In this document: positions 38,769 to 51,102 of the stretch, in pieces
Layout of the letters: each line of letters starts with the position of its first letter
Position numbering within the stretch: the stretch's first letter is position 1
Origin: Xylographa opegraphella
Taxonomy: Eukaryota
NCBI GenBank assembly: GCA_022813865.1
Contig: JALDZX010000047.1
Coordinates: forward strand, 62,001-126,000
Direction: 5' to 3'
DNA length: 64,000 nucleotides
Notes under the pieces: generated by a model
Seen by the model: the letters and a program-made list of their open reading frames with translations, nothing else
What the model was told of the DNA's origin: nothing
The model's database searches: none
Made by a program: the position numbers and the translations under genes

Positions 38769-39332
38769 ATGAATTCACTATACATGCTCGTCCGACGCGA
38801 CGATTCCACTTCTCAGACCACTCTGACGCCAATTGTGGTGAATCTTCTCATCGCTCTCCTGGTCCTCGTCCTCGTAGGAATATGTCTGATCATTACATTG
38901 TTTGTGCTTCGTACCCATCGTCGCAAGCGACAACAGCAATCCGAGCTTCCGTACCACAACCCATCGCAAAGTTCAAAGAAATCAAACCATCGCCGCCTCA
39001 CGATCACGGCCTCTCCCTATGGCCGCAAGACCGAAAGCATTTATGTCTACAACGAGAAGCAAGCCTTCATCGACCAGTCATCGTCCCCACCAACAAGTCC
39101 AGTTCCGGAAATCCGCATCACCTTCCCAGAAGAGGTGGACACTTCTGGAAAGCGGCAATCCAGTCGTGTCATGGTGGTCCGCATCAGTGAAAACGGAGGT
39201 GTGGGCCTCGAACCTTACCAAGAAGAATCTCTACCCCCCTACCAGTCTGGCGAGTCCGACCGATTCCAATCTCTTGATCTCGAGAGGATGGGTGGGCTCC
39301 GGGAGAAGGAGCACCCGAAACAATGGTCGTGA
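38769..39332 (+). CDS. Conserved fungal single-pass membrane protein with PY-like motifs
   Basis: One TM helix followed by a basic stretch (RTHRRKR); VPEIRITFPEE, GGVGLEP, LPPY and FQSLDLERMGGL. Confidence 0.8.
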   Translation: MNSLYMLVRRDDSTSQTTLTPIVVNLLIALLVLVLVGICLIITLFVLRTHRRKRQQQSELPYHNPSQSSKKSNHRRLTITASPYGRKTESIYVYNEKQAFIDQSSSPPTSPVPEIRITFPEEVDTSGKRQSSRVMVVRISENGGVGLEPYQEESLPPYQSGESDRFQSLDLERMGGLREKEHPKQWS

Positions 39333-41422
39333 GCGACGGCATCGCTGAGAGCGCTTTGCTCGAAGCTCTCCCCGCACCTACTATTCGTCGCTGGTATGGG
39401 TTCTCGGACCGCCGACCATAGCATACTTCTTCATTGGACAACTGCAACACGATCGATTGGACACATGCACGATGGCGTATTATATTCATGGGGCGGCTCT
39501 AGCGCCGGCCTTTACCTTGAGAGGTGGGAGTGTCCCAGGTGTTCGACACGGCAGAAGTTATACTTGCTCTGACCTGCAGGCCAGGGCGACTGCACTCTTC
39601 TGCTTTATGTTAACCTTGTCTGTTGGTTGATCAGTGTCACGCTGTGCAAGGTTCGTTTGGCGTAGGCTCACGCCAGGTGGTCTTCGGCCCTCTGTGGGGC
39701 AGACCCGCGGCTTATACAGTGTCTATCTGTGTTCTTAATGTATTCTAAATAATTGCAAGTCGGTTCTAAAAGCGCGCAGAAATGAAATGTCCTGTGTTCT
39801 CCCCGGCAGTGTTGACGAGGCCGAACAATGCCACGCACAATGAATGCAACGTACCTCGGACGTACACCCACGGGCCGGTCATGGTCAGGTAGCTCGCTCT
39901 CTGTTGTACGAGAGCTGTCAGACGCAATGCAACCACCCGCAGGTCCCTTGCCATTTCCCCTCTGCCCCAGAGTCGATTGCCACAACGCGTGAGTAAGAGG
40001 AATTGGATAGGTACGCAGGACGGAAAGAACCAATGGCGACCGGATTGCTCATTCGAGTCGTTGACGCACATTGATTGGCCGTGGATCAGTCCGCCGCTAT
40101 GCAACGGGTGAGAGGGGGGGAGGGAGTGTTACGGTAGTCCCCATTAGCTGCAGAGCAATCGGAAGCGTTCCAGTATTCTAATTTGTCGGCCCCCCCAACT
40201 GTAAGGCTGATCTACGGGCAGTCTGACTGGCGCTGCTGACGGATGAGCTGAGCCCTCGTTGCCTGCTGCGGCAGCACGGTGAGTGTCGCACCACCAAGTT
40301 CAGTAAGCTAAAGAAGAACTTTATGCTTGAGATCTCGTCACGCATATGTGCCTCTGGGAGGAGAACGGACAGAATGCTTCTCGAATGGGCGTGGTGCCTC
40401 ATGCGTCAGTGTCCTAATAGGGTCGACGATCCACTCCCACCATTAAAAGATAGGCTCTCCCTTAGCCGGCTCTGGGGGGATGGACGCCGGACTAAAGAGG
40501 GACAAGCAGCGGGCAAGCCAGTTAGAGGCCAGCCCTCCCGGACGCCCTGCGCTCCCAAGCAAAAAAGGCTGTGACGCCAGAGTGCGAATAGCCAAAACCC
40601 CCGAATATCAAATATCTGAATCTTGTTCGGCTCATAATCGCATCTTCAAATGTGCTTCTTGCGCTGTCGCCTCCTGTCGTTTTCGTGATACCTTTCCCCC
40701 CCCTCCTCCCCCCCAATAATTCCCCACCCAACCCCCGAATCAGTATTCCGCCATTGTGGTATTGGTGACACGTTAAAACTACGCCCCAATTCTTTGGACC
40801 ATCTACCGGCGTGGAAAACTGCAAGCAAACAGAACAGCATTCCTCCACCAACCTCGCACCCTGCCTCCATCCCTTGCGTCCTCTTCCACTGACGACGCCC
40901 ATCACGCCGATTCTCATCCCCCATATGAGGCAAATCGGCGGTGAGACTTGGCCTACTGCGGGGAGATAGACATTATCTTTCCGTCGATATCCAATCACTC
41001 CACGGGTGCCTGCTGAGAGATTGCACAACCCATTTCGCTGCACAAACGAAGGGTCGCGCGTTACCTCCCCACCTTGCACTCTTTCATCAATCGTTCCATA
41101 TATCCCTCGATTCCCGTATCTGCTTCCCCCGTCCGTCCTCACCGTCTACCTGGTACATGGACTGAACGGTGCGGCGCCGTTCACCGTGAAAAGCGAGCAT
41201 CCTTCTGTACAGGTTCGTGCAGTCGCTGCCTCACAATCTGAGCTTCCGAAGACGCTAACATACTCTCAATCGCTCTAGATTTCTTACCTCGTCTATCGTT
41301 CAGACAAGCTTTGAGACAGTCAGGCGCTCGCCAAGTGAGCGTTGGGGGAGCGCAGTCCCTAGCTCCAGCCGCACACCCATCCAGCTTTGGAGGAACCACG
41401 GTTCAATATAATAAAAGTCATC

Positions 41423-44400
41423 ATGGCGTCTACTGTAAGACATTCCCCAGACAGATGGTATAGATCGGTGCGAAGAAAAGCTGCTCACGTGCCTGCGATA
41501 GACCAGGAATCGATTTGGGGATTATGGGTCGGCAAGCGGTCTGAACAACGGAGAACAGCCGCGGACATTCAAAGGATCATCGATTGGGCCAGGATTTCCA
41601 AATCCTCCGGCGTGGAATAGCGGAATCTGGGGGATGGCCATCGGAAGTGGGCTGAAAACCGGTGCTGGCGATTCAAGCCGGACCCAAGGCATGTTGACGA
41701 TACTTCCTATCCCGTGGGCAGCGTTCTGACCTCCTCGCAGAAACAGATCTAGTGGTGCCAGGGACATCCGATGTGAAGACTGGGTCAGGATCCCTGCTAT
41801 CTTCGTCTGAATCAGAAAGCTGGAGCCGCCATTCAAACAGTCAGTGGCCGTCCGTCAGCAACATTTCGCCAGGGTTGGGAAGCGGACGCAACGTTCAAGC
41901 AAGTACTTCACCTGTGCATCATCGGAGCAACAATGCGGCCGCTAGGAGCAGCTCGCCGTACTTTTCGGCTGCACAGCCGACTGCGATTGGGCAAGGGATA
42001 GGCAGCAAGGCGCCGAGCTCAACACAAAGTTTCCTTGATCCAACCTCGGGGAGCTTCAAATCATCTGCTGTCTTTGATACTTACGGGCACGGTCAATCAT
42101 CCCGACAGGTGGCCGATGAAGTAAATCGCAGGCCTCTGGATTCAATCGTCTTCGGGAGCAATGACATCGGAGCATCAGGCTACTCAGGAGCTGGCCGGAC
42201 TGCTTCCAACGCAGGTATGGTTTATTCCGGGTACAATAGTAGTGCGGCTTCACGTAGTGGCAGCCTTCCACCGTCACGTCACGGGACAGATCCACCGGCT
42301 CAATTTGGTATGGAGCATTCTACGAACTTACAACACCTTCAGTTTGGTGCCTCCGATGGACTCTCCCATCGCCCTAATCAACTGTCACGTAACTCAGCAT
42401 ACTCGGTCAACAGCAGCAACAAGTATGTGGATCACGCTTCAACCATGCACTACGACGATCTGCATACGAACTTCAGCAAGTTGGACTTGAGCAAGGAAAA
42501 CCAAGACCCGCTCTATACATACTATGACTATACTCAGCACGGTGGCCTTCATGGTGCGAACACGGGATATGGAAGCAATTCACAGACTATGCGAAGTACA
42601 CAACCCACGTTTGAGCCCAACGGTCGTTCGGGATCATCGCTGAATCCTCCATACTCTCAATACAGACAACAGCTTAGCGATCGAAGCTCTTACTCACCAA
42701 GCACCAGCGACCTCCGCCGAAATCACGATAGTCCTCTATATTCACATACAGGCACTCCGCCACTACCAGACCACCATAGGGCACCATCCAATTCGAGTCT
42801 ACAGAGAAGCAGCGCTGGCGGAGGGCAAGCGGCTCTACTCGAGCGTAAGCTTAGAGGCTTGCAACAAGAACAACAGAGTTACATGACTACTCAACGGAAT
42901 CCTTTACAGTATCAAACGCCTTATCATCCTTACGACTATAACCAGCAGAATCTCTTACGTGTAAATCCCCTGACGCCATATTACTCTCTCCCACCACAGC
43001 AAGGATACCAATCGGATCCCCAGACCTTTGGGCTCAATCGAAATATCTCTCAAACACCAACAGCTGACAGCAACGCCGGGGACAGCCTTCGAAGTACGTT
43101 GTTGGAGGAGTTCAGATCGAACAACAAAGGAACCAAACGATATGAGCTCAAGGTGATGCAGACTTCATGATTCGGCTTTACTTCATACTAACCTTTACAG
43201 GACATCTACGAGCACGTCGTAGAATTCAGCGGCGACCAGCATGGCTCACGTTTTATCCAGCAAAAACTGGAAAGCGCCAACAGCGATGAGAAGGAACAAA
43301 TCTTCCGAGAGATTCTCCCAAATTCCTTGCAATTAATGACTGACGTTTTCGGCAACTATGTTATTCAAAAGTTCTTCGAGCATGGAAATCAATCTCAAAA
43401 GAAGGTCCTGGCAAATCAGATGAAGGGTCACATTCTGGACCTGTCGTTGCAGATGTATGGCTGTAGGGTTGTGCAGAAGGTACAGGAGAAGACGATCTCG
43501 AGAAACAAGGCCTCGCTAACGCTCTTAGGCTTTTGAGCATATCTTGACTGACCAGCAAGCCTCACTTGTCAAAGAGCTTGAGCACCAGGTATTGAAGTGT
43601 GTGAAAGATCAAAACGGAAACCACGTGGTGCAGAAGGCCATCGAAAGGATACCGGCCGAGCATATCCATTTCATCATCAGTGCATTCACGGGTCAAGTGT
43701 ATGGTCTTGCAACGCATCCGTACGGTTGTCGAGTTGTCCAGCGCATGCTTGAACACTGCCGCGATCCCTCCAGAAAACAACTACTCGAGGAACTTCATGC
43801 ATGCGCACCCAGTCTGATTGTCGACCAGTATGGAAACTATGTCACTCAGCATGTCATCGAGCATGGAGATACACAAGATCGACTCAGAATCATCAACCTC
43901 ATTACCGCTCAACTGATAGTGTTTTCAAAGCACAAGTTTGCCAGTAACGTGGTGGAGAAGAGCATTCAGTGCAGTGACGACGAGCAACGCCACAAGATCG
44001 TTAGCATGCTGACGACGCTCGACGAGAGAGGAGAATCTCCACTGGTCCACTTGATCAAGGACCAGTATGGCAATTATGTGATCCGTACGCATCGCATTCG
44101 CTGCATTGAAGTTGGCGTGCTAATACATCGGCAGAGAAAATCCTCCTGCAATTGCGCGGCAGTGAATACGACAACTTTGTCGATCAGGTCAGACCTCAGC
44201 TTCAGCTCGTCAAGCGATTCTCTTATGGTAAGCAAGTTGGAGCGATCGAGAAGCTTGTCTACGGTCATCCAGTCCCCAGTCTCCATATCCCGAGCGGCCC
44301 CCATGCACCTTCCCACCTCGACGCGTCCGCAGCCCCTACGCCGCCGCTGGTGAGCGAAGATGCACAGTCGCCTCAGAGCAGCTCTGTACCTAGCACGAAT

Positions 44401-44484
44401 ACAAGCACGGTCGACGGTCCCATCGGGGACCGCAAAGACGACGCGACCGCTCCGGTCGAAGTGGCGGCCACGAATCCTGTGTAA
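41423..44484 (+). CDS. PUF3: Pumilio-family mRNA-binding protein (Puf3 type)
   Basis: PUF repeats [71 protein letters not shown]. Introns at about 41435-41501, 41689-41740 (GC-AG), 43153-43200, 43480-43528 and 44085-44134. Confidence 0.93.
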
Positions 44485-45025
44485 AGGCGATGTAGACGGA
44501 CATGTTGACGACGAACCGGCGTTCTTTTAACAAAATCTATGGGTCGGCGACATGCACAGCCAACTAAAATTTCTCAGACATCTTGCACAGCTTCGGTGTA
44601 ATCTTCCTTTTCCCGGTGCACCTGTCTCTCTCGGGACGCATCCCTACGGCTTTTCTAATGTTGCATCTCTTCTTGTTGATTTTGTTTACCCATTTTTCCT
44701 GCTCGACACGGACTCCTTTGTTTATTTTTCTCCCTGGTTAGCTATTGGTCGGATAGGGATAGGGATATGCAAGAGCGATTTGGAATGCAAGCTAGGGACG
44801 GGAGGTGGAGCAAAGGGTTGCAACGGCATTCCAGACGGGGAGCACGGCGACCACACCGGGTCCATAGGGCAGGGCTGCCGTTTCTTGTTAATCGGCGCGC
44901 CAGCGACCTCGGGTCTCTTTTCGTCCGATGGCTTTCGCTGGGTTTCAGGTAAACTCCCCCATTAAAGTAGTGCTCGTGCAGACCCGGTTTCAAGGGCAGG
45001 CAGGGGGGAGGACATGGGAACTGGC

Positions 45026-45397
45026 TTAGAGGGGGATTGTTGATGAGACCAACGACATACATTTAGATAGCTGGTACATAGCGAGGTCATTCTGGATCTC
45101 GGACAATATCATATTCCTTGCATCGGTGGGAGAGTGCGGCTTTGTAAGGTAGACTCTGCGATGTCCAGCTCGTGGTGATGTCGGTTTCTCGAGGTCTCTC
45201 CGTGTTCCAACGGTCGGTGGCTGCGCTAGGGTCGTGTTGGGTCTAGTGCGAGATCGCGATCTTAGATACCGTTGGAAGTAGAGTACCTGATCGATCTCTT
45301 CTGCTGAGGGCTCGCCTGGCCGGTGGAGAAGTCGCTCTATCTGTAGGTGGAGCTGCCTTGTGGTGATTATTTGATGTGGTTTCTCGCTCTGATGCAT
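45026..45397 (-). CDS. Possible small orphan gene
   Basis: 123-aa ATG-initiated ORF with a GTATGT donor-like site near its 3' end; no recognisable motif. Confidence 0.25.
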   Translation of the reverse strand: MHQSEKPHQIITTRQLHLQIERLLHRPGEPSAEEIDQVLYFQRYLRSRSRTRPNTTLAQPPTVGTRRDLEKPTSPRAGHRRVYLTKPHSPTDARNMILSEIQNDLAMYQLSKCMSLVSSTIPL

Positions 45398-45997
45398 ATA
45401 AGCTTGTATGCATTATTGTAGTCGCTCCGGTGTTGATTTAGGTTGCCTGTGTTGAAGTGTTGCGACATATACGCTACTTATTGTCGTTCTATCGCAAGAA
45501 ATCATCTACCAGTCAGAGCTTTGCACCAATTGAGTTCCTCTTGAACAGCTGACGTCATTTTAAAGAAGTTTTAGGGTTAATAGTTAGGGTTTAGTTTGGC
45601 GGCCGAAACGAGCTTCCTATGCGGGAAGGTCGTTGTTTATCAACCCCGCCAAATTGCTGGGCATACCGTACCGCCGTCATCAGTGCTTCTCGTCGCCAAT
45701 GCCTGATTTGAGCATTGCTATTGTTGTGGATTCCAGCTATTCTTGGAGTTGTATGTCCTCTGTACCGATATGAAAGAGGCTAAGCGTCCACCAGCAGAGA
45801 TGTCACTCCTACCCCGCCTGCCAGGACCTTTCGCTCGAGCAGATATGCTAGAGCTGTACAGGCAGTTATCTGTGGCCTGCCAAGATCGTCGTGCAGCTAT
45901 ATAGAGAACCCACAGCGTTTCTCTGTTCTATAAAGTACCATCGATAAATCCTGATTGTTCAACCCAAAGCCGTTTGGAATCGCTCGCATCTTCCACA

Positions 45998-47586
45998 ATG
46001 CTCGGCCCTGTTACCCTTCTGTTCTCACTGCTAGCACTTGCGTCCGCGCAATCATGGACGACACTGCCCGGGAGCCTGTACTGCTCGTCAGAAGCATGGG
46101 GCAGCTGCGCTTCTGCCGACTGGCCTCAATCCAACGTTGGGTCGCCGCTTAAGCTGCAAACTCCGGATGCTGAGTTGCAGGCAATGCTTGCAGAGGTCGA
46201 CCCCAAGCGTGTGCAAGATATCATCACGACTCTCACCAATTTCGGCACGCGCCATACGCTCTCGAACCAGACCGACCCGGTGCGTGGCATTGGCGCTGCG
46301 CGAGATTGGATCTTGAAGGAGATGCAGTCATTTGCACAGGCCTCGAATGGCAATATGGGAGTGGAACTCAATAGCTACATTCAGCCTGTGACGAGTACCA
46401 TCTTGTTTCCCACCAATATCAGCAACGTGGTCGCGACACTGAAGGGCTCGTCCGATGCGAACAGGACCTATGTAGTCACAGGGCATTACGATAGCAGGAG
46501 GATTGACATTATGGATTACACGAACGATGCACCGGGCTCAGATGATGACGCTTCAGGTGTTGCTGGTAAGCAAGCTTCCTTTCCTTTCGAGCATACGGCT
46601 GGTCTACATCGTACAAAATCTAAGCCACTGTGACCACAGTTGTCATGGAGTTGGCTCGTATCTGCGCAACAAAACGACCAGCAGCAACGATGATATTCGC
46701 TGCCACGGCAGGAGAAGAGCAGGATCTGTACGGTTCCAACCACCTGGCGCAGACACTTAAGAATGCTTCAGTGAACGTCGAAGGGAACTGGAACAACGAT
46801 ATTGTCGGAACCGGCTCTTCATCACCGTTCTTCCCTGTCAATAATTACACCATCCGGCTTTTCGGAGCCAGCTACGCCTACCCGGCTCCAAATACCCTGA
46901 ATTCTACCCAGCTTGCAGGTGAACTGCAAGAGATCGGGATCATCGGTGGCGAGAACGACTCGCCCGCTCGTAACCTCGGACGTTTCATCGCCGAGATCGC
47001 AGCCGGCGCCTCCAAAGAGGTAAACATGCAAGTGGCGCTCATCTACCGACCGGACCGCTACCTCCGCGGTGGCGACCACGAGTCCTTCCTCGCGCAAGGC
47101 TTCCCGGCCGTCCGCTTCACGGAAGCGATCGAAGACTTTGCCCACCAGCACCAGGACCCGCGCGTGCAGAACGGCACCGTGTACGGCGACCTGCTCGAGT
47201 TCGTCGATTTCGAGTACACGGCGCGTGTCGCCAGAGTCAACCTGGCCAGCATGTGGAGCGCGGCCAACGCACCGGCCATGCCCGTGAACGTGTCCATCAG
47301 CACCGTCGTCGGCTTCCCGGCAGCCAGCGAGAGCACGCCCCTGTACGAGCTGAGCAACGACTCGCAGTTCGCGTGGAACACGGGTAACGATCCGCTGGTG
47401 GCGTCGTATGAGCTGCTGTGGAGGCCGGCTGGTGCCCTTCAGTGGACGCATGCGCTGAACGTGGGGAACGTCGGCACCGCGACGGTTAATCTGAGTAAGG
47501 ATGATGTGCAGTTTGGGGTCCGGGCGGTGGGCAAGAATGGGATGAAGAGTCCGGCGGTGTTTCCGCTGCCGAATGGGGAGGTGTAG
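45998..47586 (+). CDS. Secreted M28 family zinc peptidase
   Basis: Signal peptide; GHYDS, PGSDDDASG, AGEEQ, NNDIVG, GGDHESF and HQHQD motifs. Intron 46566..46639. Confidence 0.92.
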
Positions 47587-48396
47587 AGGGAAAGGGGCAT
47601 GGGTCTGGGTGAATGGGGGAGGGGCAGCTTATGTATATACGAAAACACATTCTTCTCGGCTGATTGAAAGAAGGCCCAAAAACGGAGTTGGTTGAATATT
47701 CATGTTTGCTACCCTACCCTCGAGGCCGTCAATCCAAGAGCTTCGTCGAAGTGGATGCCAGTGCACAAGTTCCTCGCTTGGCAACTTTCGAAACCGAGAC
47801 GGTGCATGCAGACGGCTTTGGGATCTCGGCGATCAGCCCTCAACAATCGAAATAACTTGTCCTCTCCCGTCGGAACCGTCACCAAGGATGCATAGCAAAG
47901 ACCTCAGGCCTCATAATAATGGCAAAGGCCGTGGAACGAGGCAAGCCGGACCATGGCGCACGGATACAACTTTTCACGCTAAGGGTTTACCAGCAACGCG
48001 TACAGCAGACTGAGACTAACAAATGCATATGTTTCCCCCCGCGGTTTCGACTCTGAGAACAATGCCTTAATCTCTCGGGCCTCCTCCTCGCTATACACCA
48101 TATCTGCAATGCGAGCCTGCAACAGTGTGGAGAAGCGCTTGCGGCTGTACGGGGTGCCCCGGTTGTGGCAAAGTTTCATGCTGACCTGGTGCTCATACCA
48201 CGCATATTCTTCACACACAGCCGCGGTCGTATGGCGCGAATATCTGGATTTTCCTGAATCATCATCATTCTCATGCGGTGGCCAATCTTCATATAGCCAA
48301 AGAGCCCCAACAGCTTCTCTTTGCCCATAGATCTCCCATTCCGCTCGCTCCTCTCCAAGACCCAGCACTGCTGTGCACTTCTCGAACCGCACAAGC

Positions 48397-48957
48397 ATGC
48401 CCCCCTCGAACCACAGAGGCTTCTTCTCCCTCCTCCTCCTCCTCCTCCTCCTCCTCCTCTCCTTCCTCCTCTACACAACCACCGCCTCCCTCACCCTCAC
48501 CCCCTCCTCCCCCCCTCCCGCCCCCCCCTCCCTCTCCCCCCGCGCCACCACCTCGACGCCCATCTCCACCTGCACAGCCGGCTACATCGGCTGGACGTTC
48601 CAGCAATCTTTCTGCCAGCGCGCGTACCCGCGCAGCGTGCGCGCCTGGCGCATGCAGTGCCACCGGCCCGGCGCGCGCTCCATGCTCGAGGGCCCCGTGC
48701 CCTGGTGGCAGATGGGCTCCGTCACCGGCGAGTGTCTGCCGTCGCAGCTGTGCGTCGACGGGCCCTACACCCCGCCCAACGAGGCCATGATGCGTCAGCA
48801 CTGGTGGTATAAGCAGTATGGGACGGCGTATTGTGTCGAGATCGAGTATTTGGTGGGGTTGGGGACGGCGGGGTTGGAGGTTATGGCGGCGCAGGTGGGG
48901 AAGGTGGGGGAGGGGGGGATATATCCGCCCGGGAAGGGGGAGGGGATTTTTGCGTAG
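48397..48957 (+). CDS. Small secreted cysteine-containing protein
   Basis: Poly-Leu signal peptide; pro-region ending LSPR; 6 Cys including GECLPSQLCVDG and TAYCV; strong codon bias. Confidence 0.7.
   Translation: MPPSNHRGFFSLLLLLLLLLLSFLLYTTTASLTLTPSSPPPAPPSLSPRATTSTPISTCTAGYIGWTFQQSFCQRAYPRSVRAWRMQCHRPGARSMLEGPVPWWQMGSVTGECLPSQLCVDGPYTPPNEAMMRQHWWYKQYGTAYCVEIEYLVGLGTAGLEVMAAQVGKVGEGGIYPPGKGEGIFA
48430..48459 (+). repeat. (CTC)10 microsatellite encoding the Leu10 core of the signal peptide
   Basis: Ten perfect CTC units in frame. Confidence 0.9.
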
Positions 48958-49062
48958 GTGGTGGGAGGTGGGGAGATGGGGGGTTTGGGCGGGGAGCTGG
49001 ACCCCGCTATTTCCGTGAAGGGCCTGTCTTGGGGGGGAGGTTTTCCCATCCCGCCTTTCCGA

Positions 49063-49073
49063 ACGCGACGCGG
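49063..49073. promoter_or_regulatory. MCB-like tandem ACGCG cores upstream of HUS1
   Basis: ACGCGACGCGG about 50 nt upstream of the HUS1 ATG. Confidence 0.45.
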
Positions 49074-49118
49074 CTTTTCCCACTTCCTTCTCAACCACCG
49101 CACCACCCACAATCAGCC

Positions 49119-50559
49119 ATGAGGTTCAAGTCCTCGATCCGGAACGTCGGCACCTTCACCAGTAGGTTTCTTCTTGAAGCAACACCGTCCCGTCGCTGCT
49201 CACTCACTCACCCTCCCTCCTTCGCGCCGCAGAGCTTACCGCGTCCCTGAACTCCCTCGGCAAGGTGGCATGGATCCGGCTCGACAACGAGCAGATGCGC
49301 TGCACCGTCATCCCCGAGCAGGGCTCGCAGGTATGGGCGTACGTTAGGAACCCCCCCGGTACATCAAAAGCGTATTTGCATTGGACTGATGCCTCGTCAG
49401 GGTTTTGTCCGTTGTACGTGACCCGACTTCTTCATTCCTTACGAGCGCGCTCGTTCCACCCCACCCCCCCTCCCCCCCCGGCTCACATCCTCCCCCCTTC
49501 CCCCCCGATCTAGGAAACCATCTTCGACGACTACGCCATCCAATCCGCCGCCGCCAACAACACGATCGACCTCGAAGTGCCCCTCGCCTCACTCCAGCGC
49601 GCCCTGCGCTCCGCCCAAGCCGCGTCCGCGGCCTCCATCCGCCTCACCAAGAAAGACGGCCGGCCCCTCCTCTCCCTCACCATCCTCACCCACGGCCCCA
49701 CCACCTCCAGCCGCAGCGGCGGCTCCGGTCTCGACAACCACCCCACCCCACCAAACGCCCTCCCCCTCCCCTCCCACGACACCACCATCACGCAAGACAT
49801 CCCCATCCGCGTCCTCTCCGCCGCCCAAGTCGCCGGCATCCACGAGCCCCGCTGCCGCGACCCGGACGTGCACATCCTGCTCCCGCCGCTGCACCAACTG
49901 AAATCCATCTCGGAGCGCTTCACGCGCATCGGGCTCTCCTCGTGCGCGGGGCGCAGCAGCAGCAGCAGCAGCGCTGCGCGGCTGGAGATCGCGGCCACGA
50001 TGCACGGCGCGCTGCGCGTCGGTCTGCGCACGGAGGCGCTGCGTATCCAGAGCCGCTGGGAGGGGCTCGCGAACCCGGAGTTGGACGCGGCGAATGTGGA
50101 AGGCGGGGAGGAGGGCGTGAGGGCGCATCCGAGTACAAGGATGAAGGCGCTGAGCGGGGAAGAGGCGTGGGCAGTGGTGAGGGTTGAGGGGAGGGATTGG
50201 GGAAGGGTGTTGGGCGTGGGGAGGTTGGGCGGGAGGGTTATTGCTTGTGAGTACCCGGCGCGTGGTGTGGTGTGGTGTGGTTCTGATGGAGGCCGGGTGC
50301 GAGTGGCTGGGTTGGGGAATGCGACTGCTGACGTCTTGCCTGCGTCTGCGTCTGCGCTGGGGTTTAGGTTTCTGCCACGACCATGCGCTCATCCTCTACG
50401 TCTACCTGCCGAACGACGATGCGGAGGACTCGGTCTTGACGGTGAGTTCTGTTTCTTCCTCGCCGCTCGGGGGGTTGGGGTCGGGCGTTCATATTGCTGA
50501 TATCGTGCGCGTGCGCGTGTGTGGGGGGGCAGTATTATATCAAGTCGTACAGTGCTTGA
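49119..50559 (+). CDS. HUS1: 9-1-1 checkpoint clamp subunit Hus1
   Basis: MRFKSSI..., SQVWAVLSV/ETIFDDY.IQSA, LQRALRSA, IRLTKK, ITQDIPIRVL, DPDVHILLPPL, CHDHALILYVY, YYIKSYSA*. Six exons including a 13-nt micro-exon at 49401-49413. Confidence 0.92.
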
Positions 50560-51102
50560 GCGCTACGAACGGGTCTGTTTGGTGGAGATGGGGGCTTTTT
50601 CGTCGGCTTGCGGCGTTATTATAGATATGTCTCACGGAAAGGGAATCGGGGGTTTCGGAAATAGAACCTGAGTTGCGAAGTTTGGCCGAGAGAAGAAGGA
50701 GAAGAAGAGGAAGAAGAAGTGGTCTTATATGTCGAGATACATCTCGCGTGGCTGGCTGCTTGATACTATGCTGCTGTGATGTTCACCTCCAGGTAGCCAA
50801 TTCACAGTCTTCCATCTACCCAGTCACGTCTCCCCATCCGTCCGCTTATCGACACCTCCTCTCCGATTTTCCTCATGGCAGCAGCTTTAGGAAAGCAGCA
50901 CGAAAAACCCAACGTCCCTTATCCACTCCGCTTGTACTGCTTCTCTCAAAGCTCGACTTGACGCCTCACCGCGCCCCACGAAGCCACTTCCGCTTCCCGC
51001 ACACAGAGTACCCATAAACCCCCTCCGAGCACCCTTCAACGCTTCCCACCCTTCTTCTCACTTCCCGCCCCCACTCCTCTCACCACCAACCTCCCCCAGC
51101 CC

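Noticed and set aside
45570..45596. Interstitial telomere-like TTAGGG
   Set aside because: Only two separated TTAGGG copies; too short to call.
47632..47639. Puf3-element-like TGTATATA in the M28 3' UTR (also downstream of SEC16)
   Set aside because: Short motif that overlaps generic fungal 3'-end signals; not distinguishable from background.
47979..48398. 139-aa minus-strand ORF sharing a CATG with the secreted gene start
   Set aside because: No recognisable domain and downstream frames contain stops; at best a remnant.
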